A DNA stretch of 64,000 bases. Origin: Lingula anatina. Lineage: Eukaryota > Animalia > Brachiopoda. The notes below the pieces were generated by a model that did no database searches, was not told the DNA's origin, and saw only the letters and a list, made by a program, of their open reading frames with translations. The stretch is from assembly GCA_051362555.1 (NCBI GenBank), contig CM120641.1, positions 18,228,001 to 18,292,000 of the forward strand. Reading direction: 5' to 3'. Position numbers and translations under genes: made by a program. The first letter of the stretch is position 1; each line of letters opens with the position of its first letter. Below, in pieces: positions 26,451 through 38,900 of the stretch.

Positions 26451-27547
26451 TCAATTTTTACAATGCTTTTTCATCTTTGATGAGGTAAAAATGATGACAA
26501 AAAGAGCTAATGATTTAGGACAAATATATTTCTGAAGAATTACTGAAAAAATCCCATAGCACACAAATTACAGTAATCACATTTTTATATTTATAAATTT
26601 TATTAAACACTTTTCACAAACAATACATTTTGAGTCATTAAGAAACTATTACAATACCAACAAAAATAACGGACAAACAACGTGTTAGATTTATGCATAT
26701 CGATAAAATGAATTTTTTTTTGGAACTTCAACAATCTTCCTATAATAGCCAAGGTATACCCTATCCAAAACCATTGAAAAATATTTGAAGAGGCCTGCTG
26801 TGGAGAGTGTGTCATACCTAGAGTAACTGGGGCTGAGAGGAGCATCTGTGTTTGGGGCGGAATTGAAAAAAAAAAGACATCGGTAGCAATTGGTGGAAAC
26901 CTAAGCCACATCAAATACAGGAAATAACCTGTTTTCTATTTGTCAGAGGGTGCCTAAGTTTCATATTACAATTACGATGCCCAACCCAACAGAACACTTG
27001 CAATCGCAGACTACTGGCAGAATCGTGACCAGATATGATTCTTAGAGAGAATCTAAGGCAACTTCATATTGTTACAAAAAAAGAGGAGATGACTCCGTAC
27101 ATTGTTTTTGATATCAGTTTTCTCAAAAGGTATGGATTGAACTGAATAGGCGGTAGAGCACAAAGAGTTTTTATTCAGTCAATAAGGTGACATGGATTGA
27201 CCGGGCATCCATTTCTTTAAGATCATTATTTACGTCAATAAGATGCACTGCTTTTCAGAGAATATTTTTTTTTCATTGTTTTGTTCATGGTCTTGTGTCA
27301 CACTGGTTACAGCTGAGAGTTCGTTATTGTCTCCTTCTGTATCACTTAACATCCTCTCATCCATGCATGCGTCAATCGAAATTGGAATCCTAGTTACTGT
27401 TAAAATCAAATAAAGTACATTCTGGACTCTTATTGGTTATTGACATGGTCAAATTCTATGATATAAAGGCCCAACTTTATGAGTATAGTCATCGTTCAGA
27501 TTGTTTCTCATTTGTTCAATATCTTATTTTCAACTACACATTGAAGC

Positions 27548-28591
27548 ATGATGGAAGCTTTTTTGGACAAATTGGAAGAATTGAATTTCACGACAAATAC
27601 ATTGAACAGTACATTGGTGAACAACACCACCTTGCACCAAACGGCCTCTAACTTGTACCTCACCGTTGTTCTAGGATTTTCATCACTGGTCGTCAGCCTA
27701 CTGGGGATAATTTGTAACTCTCTGTCTTTCATGGTATTTTACAAGGAGAGAGCAAATACACCCACTGATTATCTACTCTCCTGGACTGCGATCATGGATA
27801 ACATCTTTTTAACCACAGCAATATTTAACATCAATCTACCTGCTTTGCACGTTTATTTGGGATGGATTGACTGGTTCTTTGTTGCAATGCAGACAACCGC
27901 TGTTTATATTTGGCCAATCATGCTGTTTGCAAAACTATCTTCACATTGTCTGCTAATTTTTGTAGCATTTGACCGTTATCTTGCGATTAACAAACCTGTA
28001 AAAAGCATCGAGTTTCGTAAGGTAACAAAATGGCGATGGCGGACATACGCATTACTGACAGCGATCGCTTTGTTTCACCTTCCTAAGTTTTTCGATACTG
28101 AATTTGTTGGGTTTCTTCCTTGTAAACACAGCTCAAATGACTTTTGCCAAATTGTTCAACTGAAGGAATGTGCCAATGGTTACATAATTATTTACCGCAG
28201 GGTGTTTCCTTTCATTATCAGCTTTTCACTAACTGGATCCATGCTCATTCTTTACGGGAAGCTTATTCAGTCCTTGAGGAAACGAGCTAAAATGCGACTG
28301 ACAATGACCAATTCTACATGTGATAACTCCAGCCAGATCATAAAAATGGTGGTGTTACTGGTGACATTTTATGTACTAGCTGTGATACCTTTTGGTTTTA
28401 CATGCTCCTTCTTGGATCTTTTAGAGAAGATACCTGGACAGTTTGAGAGCATTGCACACATAGGACGCTGGATAAAACCCATGGGATTTTTTCTAACAAG
28501 TCTCAACTCGTCCATTAATTTTTTCGTTTATGGACTGTGTAGTTCATCATTCCGTAAAAGATTTAAACATTTGGTAGGTTTTCAGAAATGA
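27548..28591 (+). CDS. Intronless rhodopsin-like (class A) peptide GPCR, FMRFamide-receptor-like
   Basis: 347-aa ORF with seven hydrophobic segments, N-terminal N-glycosylation sequons (NFT, NST, NNT), TM1 GIICN, TM2 Asp, TM3 FDRYLAI, TM4 HLPKFF and TM7 NSSINFFVY followed by SSSFRKRF, the pattern typical of invertebrate FMRFamide-receptor-like GPCRs. Confidence 0.9.
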   Translation: MMEAFLDKLEELNFTTNTLNSTLVNNTTLHQTASNLYLTVVLGFSSLVVSLLGIICNSLSFMVFYKERANTPTDYLLSWTAIMDNIFLTTAIFNINLPALHVYLGWIDWFFVAMQTTAVYIWPIMLFAKLSSHCLLIFVAFDRYLAINKPVKSIEFRKVTKWRWRTYALLTAIALFHLPKFFDTEFVGFLPCKHSSNDFCQIVQLKECANGYIIIYRRVFPFIISFSLTGSMLILYGKLIQSLRKRAKMRLTMTNSTCDNSSQIIKMVVLLVTFYVLAVIPFGFTCSFLDLLEKIPGQFESIAHIGRWIKPMGFFLTSLNSSINFFVYGLCSSSFRKRFKHLVGFQK

Positions 28592-28957
28592 AAATAATTG
28601 CATAGATTTTAAAGATAAACAAAGTGCATTAGAACTTTAGACAGTAAAAAAAATCATTTTCCAAGAAACTTCAAAAATTATTTCATAATCACCAAGGTAT
28701 ACCCTATCCAGAACCGTTGAGATCCATAAAATGTTTTTTTAGTTCTATAATTAAATTTTGGACAGCCTCATCGAAATTATCAGCTTCCATCGTCAGTACA
28801 GCTATGAAAGTTTGGCAAAATCTTGCATAATGTGAATAATGAATACATGTATAAAGTACAATAGCTAAGGCCCAGGTGTTACAAAGCTCCAAGATGGAGA
28901 CGCAGGAGAAGTCTGGTGAGCGTGGCTCTGAGAGGTAAAAAGGAAACGGTAGCCATC

Positions 28958-28998
<41 letters not shown>

Positions 28999-29202
28999 AG
29001 ACAATGGCAAGAGACCAGAAAGGAAGGACCCAAACATTCTACAGTATGTTGGCAGTGAAGAAGGCCGTTGGAAAAAAACACAAGAAAGGTAGGAATATTA
29101 AGTATCATATGCGAAGAGAGAAATCAACATAAAGTTTTTTTCTGTGAACTTATTTCACCATTTGCGCAAAAAAATCAACCAAAACACACCTACACATCTT
29201 TT

Positions 29203-29432
29203 CATTGGACACGGGACAAAACCAGTGGGATTATTTCTAACAATTCTCAACTTGTCAATTAAATTTTTCGTTTATATACATGTACTATGTTGTACACATT
29301 GTGTAAAAGATTAAAACATTTTGTGGGATTTCAAAAATGAAAATAATGTCATAATTTTAAAGACAAACAACGTGCCTGAGAGCTTTATGTAGCAAAAAAA
29401 ATCTCCAAGAAATTTCCAACAATTTTACCATC
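29203..29432 (+). pseudogene. Degenerate duplicate of the GPCR TM7/C-terminus and 3' flank
   Basis: Translates as IGHGTKPVGLFLTILNLSIKFFVY...KRLKHFVGFQK*, versus IGRWIKPMGFFLTSLNSSINFFVY...KRFKHLVGFQK* in the intact gene; the downstream non-coding sequence also aligns with about 28592-28690. Confidence 0.85.
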
Positions 29433-29830
29433 AGACGACCATGGAACATAATAATCCCCGTTTTAAATGCTGCGTAAGTCATCTCATTTGCTGACATTTC
29501 TGGTCTCCGTCAAGATATGAACGTAAGTCAAAACTGGAGTGCTCATATGGATTCTGAAACGCATGCATTCTGTACTCTCTAGCAGATGCACCCTGGGTGA
29601 TGACGTCTTTTTTTTTTTAAGAAATATCACAGCGCAGTATAAGAAAAGTGTAGATATTTGACTAGAGAAATATCTTTGAATATCTAGTGAAAAAGATCTC
29701 TGTGGCTCTGACCAAGGAAAGTATGTAATTCCTTGCCCTGGCAGTGTGTGCTTATTCTGTCCGTGAGTGTGGATCCAGTAGGTTCAGGAAACCTTGGTCC
29801 GTATCTGGGATCGGAAAGAGTTGCTGGTCT

Positions 29831-31601
29831 TCATATTCTATTGTGTATTCCTATCACAGCCCTACACTTTGGACAGGAGTGGACCACATCCTTCATCCGA
29901 TCCCAGAAGAAAGGAATAGCACAACACGCGCATGGAAATCTGAATAAAAGACAAAATATGCAGAAGTATCTGATTTTCCTTGTGATGTAAATTTAAAAAA
30001 ATCTTTCCATATGGATACGATATTATACATGTAAATGATTAAAAATGTAATTCCTAGTAATGCATCCTTGCTGGTGTGGTTGACAAAGTTATGAAATATA
30101 CTGGGTTTATTCTCTATTTCTACAGACAGCTGTATAAATTATACATAAAACTTAATAATATTCTGTGTGTGATAGTTAGCCAGTCAAGTTTATCATCACA
30201 GTGGCCCTTAAACCCCACGAGTGTATTGAACTCCTTAACGCAGAATCCAGACTTAAAGCATTGTCCAGAAATATTTCTCAGGATTTAAAGGAGATGGAGA
30301 AGAAGGGCGGGGGGGGGGGGGGGTAGAAAAAATGGCAGAAATAATGGGAACTGATAAAAGGCGACAGAATGTAAGTTCTATCGAGTGATAGTCTATTTCG
30401 CAACAGCACGGAATTCCCATGTTCTTGATGACACTTACTATCTAATAAGACATTCCCATGCATATAGAGCTTCGCCCTCATCGTTTAAAACTTAACCCTA
30501 CTATAAAAGTCTCATATGGGGTTGTTTTAGGCTATCTCGGTTGTTTCTCACTAACATTGCAACCGGCATTACCCTGCGTCTCCACGCGAGATGGGGTGAT
30601 GGCTGTGCAACTGAGTTTTCAATAGTCTCTGAAACTCAGGGCGCCAATTGATTCTATACTTACCCAATAACACAAAGCACGATACAAGACAGGTATGTAC
30701 ACGTTCCAGTTTGGTGATACAGTCTGGTCATTATTACTTGCTTACATTTGGGGCAAGTCGCCTCCACCGAGTCTTCGGTGAAATAGTGGTCCATCGGAGA
30801 AGGTTGTGACGTCACGACCACCGTGGTGGACTGGTGGTTATAATGAACTCTTGGCCCGCCTTGGGAGTAAGGAGCTTGTGTGGGGTGGGTATAGCCTAAA
30901 TCAAAACCGAACCAAGACCGCTAATAATATTGAAATATCAGTATGAACAAAGGGAGCAGAGAGTCTAGAACTTCTATGAAGTCTTCTGTGATTTACATAT
31001 TTACAAAGAGGACAGTTGGAATTTCTTCATTTTTGTCGATATACATATTATGGCGTGCATATGAAACGAATTGTTCTTGTATCCTTTTTTTTCACAAAAC
31101 GAAAACTTCATCCTTGTCACATCAAAATAATGACTCTGACAGATTCAAAATATCAGAAAAGGGTGACATTTTACCTTTACCCCTCTCGCTCTTTTCCTGA
31201 TTTTCATTAACAGTGGTGCAAGTCGTTGCTATTACAGATCCAAGTGTTAGAAAATGCTTGGGCTTAAGAGCGAGTCTTTTCTTCTTTAGGGATTGGTGCG
31301 TGGTAAATTCGCCATTTTGTTTTGGAAATTAAGTAGGACTGGATCCGCCTTTGATTTGGACATAGACATAGGGCCTACAGTGGTGGAGTGGATCATAGGG
31401 AAATTGCATAATTGACTTTTTTAAAATATTATTAATAAGAATTCCTTTACCTTGCACTACAAATATGTCTTCTTTGTCCGAAGATTTCGGAGGTGGGGGT
31501 GGTGGCACCCAAGAGGAAATGGGGGGTACCGCCGCTGCATTCCTGTCGTTGTTAGACGATGGAGGATCCAAGACGGTAAATATGTCAACTGAATGTGACA
31601 T
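29831..31601 (-). CDS. LITAF-domain (zinc-ribbon, LITAF/CDIP1 family) membrane-associated protein, about 163 aa
   Basis: Exons 31601-31451 (Pro-rich, VPPPPPPK), 30895-30664 (TTVVVTSQP...FTEDSVEATCPKCKQVIMTRLYHQTGTCTYLSCIVLCVIG) and 29939-29831 (FPCACCAIPFFWDRMKDVVHSCPKCRAVIGIHNRI*). CxxC - hydrophobic segment - HxCxxC is the LITAF signature, and the splice phases are compatible. The first exon is less certain. Confidence 0.87.
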
Positions 31602-32620
31602 GATTCAGTTTGGTTCCTTGGCAGTTTTAATCTGCTCACTGTATCCCAACGTCTACGGAAGTAGATTGCTTTTAAACCCCAAATATATAGCCCTTCTCTT
31701 CAGTTTTATGTCAGTCCAAGCTGTATTCCAATGAAGATATAGTTAGTGAAAAATACAGAAAACCCGATATAATCAAGGACTGCTGGTCCCTTGGGCACAG
31801 CTTGATTAATTTAATGGGTACATGTATCTGTAGATTGGGAATTAGCGTGCGTCGCTATATTCTGATTAAAACAATCGAGAATTTTCAATGTTTTTCCATA
31901 AGAAAACTTTGGTGCGTTGCGTAATCTTAATACTACAATAATAATACAATCAAAACCGATTTTTGTGTATTTGTTTCGGTTTTTACGGCTTCTTTGCGGC
32001 ATAGATCTATAAAATATTGCATCACGTTGCAATTTGACCTAATGTAAAAGCCACGCGGACGTTGCGACACATATTTGAAATGTTTTCTCACTTTGTACAT
32101 TCCGTTTTTTTCTATATCTCTGCCCTGCCTGGTTCATTTAACGAACTGCTTTTAATGGATTCCCCTGTCTTTATGGTTACAAACGGAATGAAAATCCTTC
32201 AATCACATAAGCTAAAAACAATATGATATTTAGCAATTAGCATGAATGCAATAGAGGCGCAAAAAAATTCAGTTCATCCATTGTACCTCGTCCCAACAAA
32301 CACATTCGCCTAAAGTTCTTATTATGTCCTAGAATATTTGCAATAACAAGAATCCTTGCAAGAGAACAAAAAATGTACATTTGGTTATATATGGAATTTA
32401 TTTTCAAGGAATAATATATAGAAGCTAATCAGAAAATAGGCCTCCATTTAAATTCACTGCCCAATAGATTCAATTGATTAAAAAATATGTTTTCTTTTTG
32501 ATTTTTAAAATTTTAGTGAGTCATAAGTTTGAACTGGGGGCGGGGGATGCAGCTCAAAAGACTAGACTAATTCGGGCTACAAATATAAATTATGAAACAT
32601 TGCTTACAAATAAGATTACT

Positions 32621-32944
32621 TAGAGGGTTCCATTTGGAAGCCACTTATTTCCCGGGATGCGTGAAACGTGCATATTACACGTTTTTAACGTGATCCGTGA
32701 AGCACCCAATTCCTGTGACTCGTGAATATGGTTTTTTTTATTGTTCGTCCTTCGTAAAACGAAGAATTATACCTGTACCCGGTGATACTTGATTTGCATG
32801 ATTTCTACTCGCATTATCAGCGAGATAGGAATTAAGTTTTTGACTTGAATTAAGAATTGAGTGTTATTTGTGAATTGATGATTTTATTTCCTGTGAACTG
32901 TAATCACTACCTCCTACCCCCCCCCCCCCCCTGTGTGGGACCTA
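32621..32944. mobile_element. Degenerate MITE-like repeat rich in CGTGA motifs
   Basis: Loose inverted termini TAGAGGGTTCCA / TGGGACCCTA, repeated (C/T)GTGA motifs and a poly-C tract near the end. Confidence 0.4.
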
Positions 32945-35900
32945 CGCATGTCGCACACACGCGCATGCACCAATACACGCGCTAGAGAAACTGCTACATT
33001 GTGATTTTTGATTGAACTCCTCGGCATCTTCAGCGATCCCTAAATAGGCCTACAGTTATTAAAACTTTTCTTTTTATTAACGTTATAAGATGTAGGCAAA
33101 GTCTGATAAACCTTTTTGGATCCCACATACCCGCATTGTCATGTCCTCAACCGATTCTTCCTTTTAATTTATTTTACCGTCTTTTTAAAATTACTGGACC
33201 AATTTTGGAATTTACCGATGAGTATTCCAATGACAACTTCAGCAGCTGTTGTTAGATTGAGTCTGTAAAAAACGTTAGCAGTCCAACAAACATTGATTTA
33301 ATCTATTTGAATATTACTTTGTATTGATCGAGATGTATGCGTAAAAAGTCTACGATATCAATCGCTCTGAATCTAATATTTTTTATTAGACTCAGTCGGT
33401 CTATGCCCTACATGTAGGTACTAGTCCGTCCTATGTGCTATTTTCAAGTTTTTTTTTTTTTTTTTTTTTTGTAATTAGAGTCACATGAGTCATTCGAGTC
33501 ACCTTTTTTCTTTTCACGTGGTCATTTATCATATGTTCAAATGCAGTAAGTGGACTGTTAGTTTCACAGATAATTAAATTGCAAAACACCCGTGCCGTCA
33601 TTCACATTTACGAACAAACACATGACATTGACCTTCTTTGACTAATCTAACGCATGCGCCGTTGATTCCTTATATTATTATTGGGTCGGCCTGGTTTCAA
33701 CTGGATACCACCATTACTGTGTATAATAACAATGCTACTCGGACTTGACAAACTGAGTTAGTGATTTGCTTTTGGACTTAACACCATCTGCTCGGACATA
33801 CGTTATCTCGACCACGGTACGTAAAATATGAATATAACGTAACTTCGTAAGTAGCGTATCACATAATCTGACCAGCGATGGCGATTCATTGAACACGACT
33901 GATGTATTGGAAGGCGAGCATGCATAGGCGTGTTGACACGGAGATCGATCATAAGATAGATTTTCAATGTTTCTGGATCAAGTTGAAGTGCACATTATCA
34001 TGTGACGGGGCTGTTTACGTGACAGCTGTCAGTTTTGGGTAAAAACCGTAAAAATGACATAGGCCCTACTGGTACAGTGTACTGTGGGTTGAATCCCCTG
34101 CCCAAAATAGCGGCTGATAATCTTGCCTTGCGATTGCGTGTAAAAATAGTAAGTGCTCAGTTAAAAGACGTCAGACTGGCGTGCACATGAAAAGTCTCAT
34201 GTACATGTGACCCATTCTGTAAGACTAAGCGTAATGTTTCACGAAATATGGGAATTAACAGAATTTTACCGTTAAGTTCTTTGAGGATGGGTATTGTGGC
34301 CCCATGATGGGGGGTTAAATGAACAAGCTGGGTTTATAAAAAGAGAATTTAATGGTAGGCCTAAAACTGAATGCTGTAATGAAATTTAAGTACAACTGTA
34401 GACCAAGGTGCACAAGGCAGTAATGGTCTTCTTATAAAGATGTGTCGAAAATGGTAAGCTATAATGAGGCCTACACGTCTTTACTTGTTTTTAACGGGAA
34501 ATTGACCTTAGGTCTATTTATTTGTTATTGCCCCCCCTTGCCCCAGCAACTCAGACATTAGGGCTTGATTACCTTGTTTACAAACAATCGAGTCCTGCGC
34601 CACGATGCCCAGCATGGCGTGAGTCATGTCTGTGTCTTGGCTACCACTGACGCAGCTCTATATTACACTTAATCACGCCTCATCAAGTATTTTTAAACAC
34701 AATGCCAGTGAATTGAATATTTCTGGTATTAAGAAAAAACCTTAAGAAAATAAAACGTTAACAGCTTTTCATTGACCTAACAACTACGTCATTTTCCCCT
34801 AATGACCAATAATATGTAAGTGTATAATTTGCACTCGATGGCTCAGATTTTCTATTAACGAAGATCACTAGGCTATATAATCACACGAAAGTTAACTATC
34901 AGTTATTTATAATTGTGCGATCATTTTTTTATGATTCTGACACAGGGTCCTTTCTGTGTGATAAATGAAACTTTTCTATTGATTGAGTAGACTGGCCTAT
35001 ATTTTGGTATAACTACTTATTACCTTTTGTCTTATGTTTGGGCTCTTGGAAGTTATTAAACAGGATACAGCAACTCGACATACATACAGCAGTCCCATTT
35101 TGGATATTGACAGACACGTCACTACACATAAGGTAATTACCTGAAAGAGACACGTACCCGGACTTAAAGGGTTGTCTAATTAACTTGGTTTCGCGGCTTG
35201 ACACGGTAGCGTGACGGAGTGACCGTGGAAAAAACGATGGAAACAGGCATTTGAAATTGTTTATTTTCTGCCTAATGAGATGTGGGGATGTTTAAACGAA
35301 AATTGTCCTGGTCTTGTTGTCCTGACTTTTAGATGTCTCCTCACATTAATCTTTTTTTGTTTGTTTGTTTGTTTTTAATGGGCTCTGTGAATGAGGCTTA
35401 AAAGAGAAGTCTCCTTACTATAGGTATATACCAAACCCCCCTCCCCCACCCCAATCCCACCTGGCATCAGTCCTTTAAGTCCACATTGAATGGTAAAATG
35501 GCAGTGATTTAATAGTGCTTTGCTACCTATACTACTGTAACGGGACAACTCGATCAGTTTGGAATGTGTACTGGTGCAGCCACAAATTGAGCATTTTTAA
35601 ATCCACCCCTCAAAGTGTGCCACCTTGGAGATTGGTATTTCATGTTGACGGATACTTTCTTAAAGAAAAAATATTGAGTCAAAGCAAGGTCTTAAAAGAG
35701 ACATTTATTGAAAACGTAAAACACAAGTGAAACTGTTGGAAGTGCTGAATGTCACGTTTATTATTGAGGAAATGATGATTGTGTGACTGTCTGATGATAA
35801 AAACAACTCGTTTTAGCCCAGTCCTTTCCGAGTGTTATTACAAAGACGGGGTTGTCTGTGATTCTTCATTGCGCTTTATACGCGTAGTGCAACATATATC

Positions 35901-38900
35901 AGATCATTAAAACATCAGTCAATAGAATTCCTAAAATTCTGCAGTACTGTCTTAAATAAATACTGTGTTTATATTAAAGCATCACGGATAACGTGTTAAC
36001 AAAAAAGACTCACAGAAAATAGACGCATTTAACTGTCATACCAGTTGTTGGCGTTTTCTTACTACAATATATAGTGGTGAACGATGTTTATTCGACACTA
36101 TCAGACTTAATAGAAAGGGATAGTTGCTACGAGACCATGTCTCTCCATTATCAATATTGTTTTTAAACTTGACATTTACTTTGCTTTTCATGTAGTTTCC
36201 GTTTATCTTGCCGGATACGTCTGTCTCACAAGGTAGATAAAAAGCTATGAACTCGAGCCTTTTAGCTCTTGAACGTCCTTCGTGATAAAAACGTAGGCGA
36301 GATGCTTGTATCCGAACACATCCGTTACCCTCACTTATGATTTTCTTATGTGAAAAGAAATATTTTGATTATGAAGTCAAATACACATGCACTGGTTACA
36401 CATCTACTTTTGTCTGATAAAATGTCGATAACGTATGCATGGATAAGTTTTCTTCAAAAACTGCTGTTTTTATAATTTCAGCAATGCTATTTCATAGAGA
36501 AACCCATCTTGAAACTTGAATGCCTCCGCATCTGTTGCTGCTTAAATAAGTGTTAACCTTTTACCTTTCTTCAAGAAAAGAAATGCACACTTGAACTTAA
36601 ACCAAACACCCAAACGCATCTGTTCATCGGCCTCGAGTCATGCGTCCAAAAGCAGCTGTCGTTGCGCTAGGCCTTTCCATTTTAGACTCGTTTTCTTCAC
36701 GTCATGTTTAATTAATCACACAGTTTCTTTCATTTTAATCAATAGGTATTTGTGATCAACGGAGATCCCGGGTAGAAGTTCTGCTACACCCACAGGCCAC
36801 AACCGCCTGTCTGCTAGCAGGTATAGCTTGTCTCTATCCAGAAATCAAATTTTGTGTTGCGTCGAATCTTTTAACTGCCGGCTCGTTGCTGACTTGCTTG
36901 ATGGGGTGAACAGAAAACGCGGAGTGATCAAGCAGCTCGCTTCGATTCTCAGGGGTTACACGTGACTATAGAGGAGAATAGAATAGATTGGAGTGACTTT
37001 GTCGTTCTCTTCAGTCATGACCAAAGACAAAGACCAATACACGCTGTCAGGCGCACGCGTGTGTACAAGTTGTTCTAAGTTGGGGCATATGATTGGTTAG
37101 AAAATTCAGCATCTGCCGTGCACTTTATTTCAAGGCCTGTCCACATGGTACTGCTTAATGATGTACAAATACATTCAATTCTACGTAGAAAAATCTGTAA
37201 ATAATTTTTAAAGAGAAGAGGGTGTTTTGTTGGCAGTTTGGAAAACTTGCTATTTAAAATTGATTTGAACAAAACGTCAGGCAGCTATAACAGGGTTTTC
37301 ATAGATTTTGTCGTGATCTCTTCTTCAACATGACAAGGTTGGCTTGATATGGCACAGTAAAACTCAATCAATGGAAATCTGCGTGTAAAAAACTTTTGAT
37401 ATTCCACAACACTGATAACAACAACGATAAATGTTAAACGATCGGCTCTAGATGACGTCGATGTATATTACGTAGTCGTTATAGTATGTCAAAATTCCAG
37501 TTGCATTGGTGAGTCCATTCAAGGCCGTTGTTACTTGCTCTCCCGTTATTTGCATTCAATACTTAAAAAGTTTAAGGGACATCGAAATGTTAGAAGCCCG
37601 CTTTGTTGTGCAAATCGGCATTTATCATAGTTGAATTCTTCACAACTGCTAACCGACATTACCACAGAAACGAAAACCGTGCCCATGTGAAATAAACAAT
37701 TGACGGTATTCATAGACAAGCTTTTAGTTTACTACTATGAAAATAAAAGGATTTCATCAGTGATATAAAGGCACGGCCAAATTGTCATCTCGCTGATGTG
37801 GCCCTAATAGGTATTTTATGAGCTTAGTTTATAGGGCATCTTATAGGACAGATGGGAAATTGACGATCAACGTTTCTGATGTTTTTGTGACATATCGACG
37901 TTTGAAATACTCCGTGAATGAATGAACTGAAATCGTCCAGTAAGCGTGGTCAATAAAATAGACGCATCTTGAAGTTTTATAAAATCAGTACTTAGAACGA
38001 AGGGCCACGGAGTCATCTGGAGACTAATGTATATAGTTTTCTAAACGATGTTTATATGGTCTGTATAAAAGTTTACGGTATAAGATTAATATTGGAAGGT
38101 GCTCGTCTTGGTCCATTTTATATTTTGACGATTTGCCATGAAATAGCGATAAAAAGAACGAGAATTCTACCTACACCTCGAATGTTTGGAGAGAATAAAG
38201 GGTTAATCAAATATTGTCTTTCTGGTCTTGAACGGCAAGTGCATACAAGATAACGTGTTTAAAAGTTGGACCCATGAAGCGAACGATCCATCGGCTCTTT
38301 AAAAGCAGTACAAATATCAAAAGAAGTTGAAAATGTCACGGTAGAACATTTTCATCGACATAAAGATATGTTGATAGACGCCGTTGCCACTGTGACACAT
38401 TGAGTAAAAACAGCTGACAAAACGACACAGTTTTTTTCTTCTTTTTCTATTTTAAGTTTTTTAACGTTTTGCTTAACATCAAGTAGAACATCACATTAAC
38501 GAATATCCCGGATAGTTTACCCTCGGTTAGGTTGATCATTCAGTTAAACAACCATTACGCAGAGCCTAGATATAATACGGACTGGTAAAAATACTCCAAT
38601 GAAAAAAGTGTGTCGGCTTCCATTAAAAATTCAACTGTGTCATTGATTCATAAGTTCTGGGATACTAAGCTTCTACTGTATGTATAATTTTATGATACTT
38701 TGTGATGTCCATAAGAAATAATTTTAAAATGAAAAAAAAAAAAGTTAAACCCTGTCCAAATATCGCGTCCGGTTCATTGGCAAAGAGAGGGAGGGGAGTG
38801 AATAAATTAAAAAACGAAGGCCCAGTGCCAGTTTTTATGATATTATAAGATTTATAGCAAATGGTTTTAAGTATGCTGTTATTTTACAAGAAGGTGATCT

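Noticed and set aside
28704-29108. 134-aa minus-strand ORF with poly-Phe
   Set aside because: The poly-Phe comes from a poly-A tract and there is no family resemblance.
33000-33265. Exon-like minus-strand segments (e.g. LNLTTAAEVVIGILI) upstream of the LITAF-like gene
   Set aside because: They could not be joined into a consistent reading frame; at most UTR exons.
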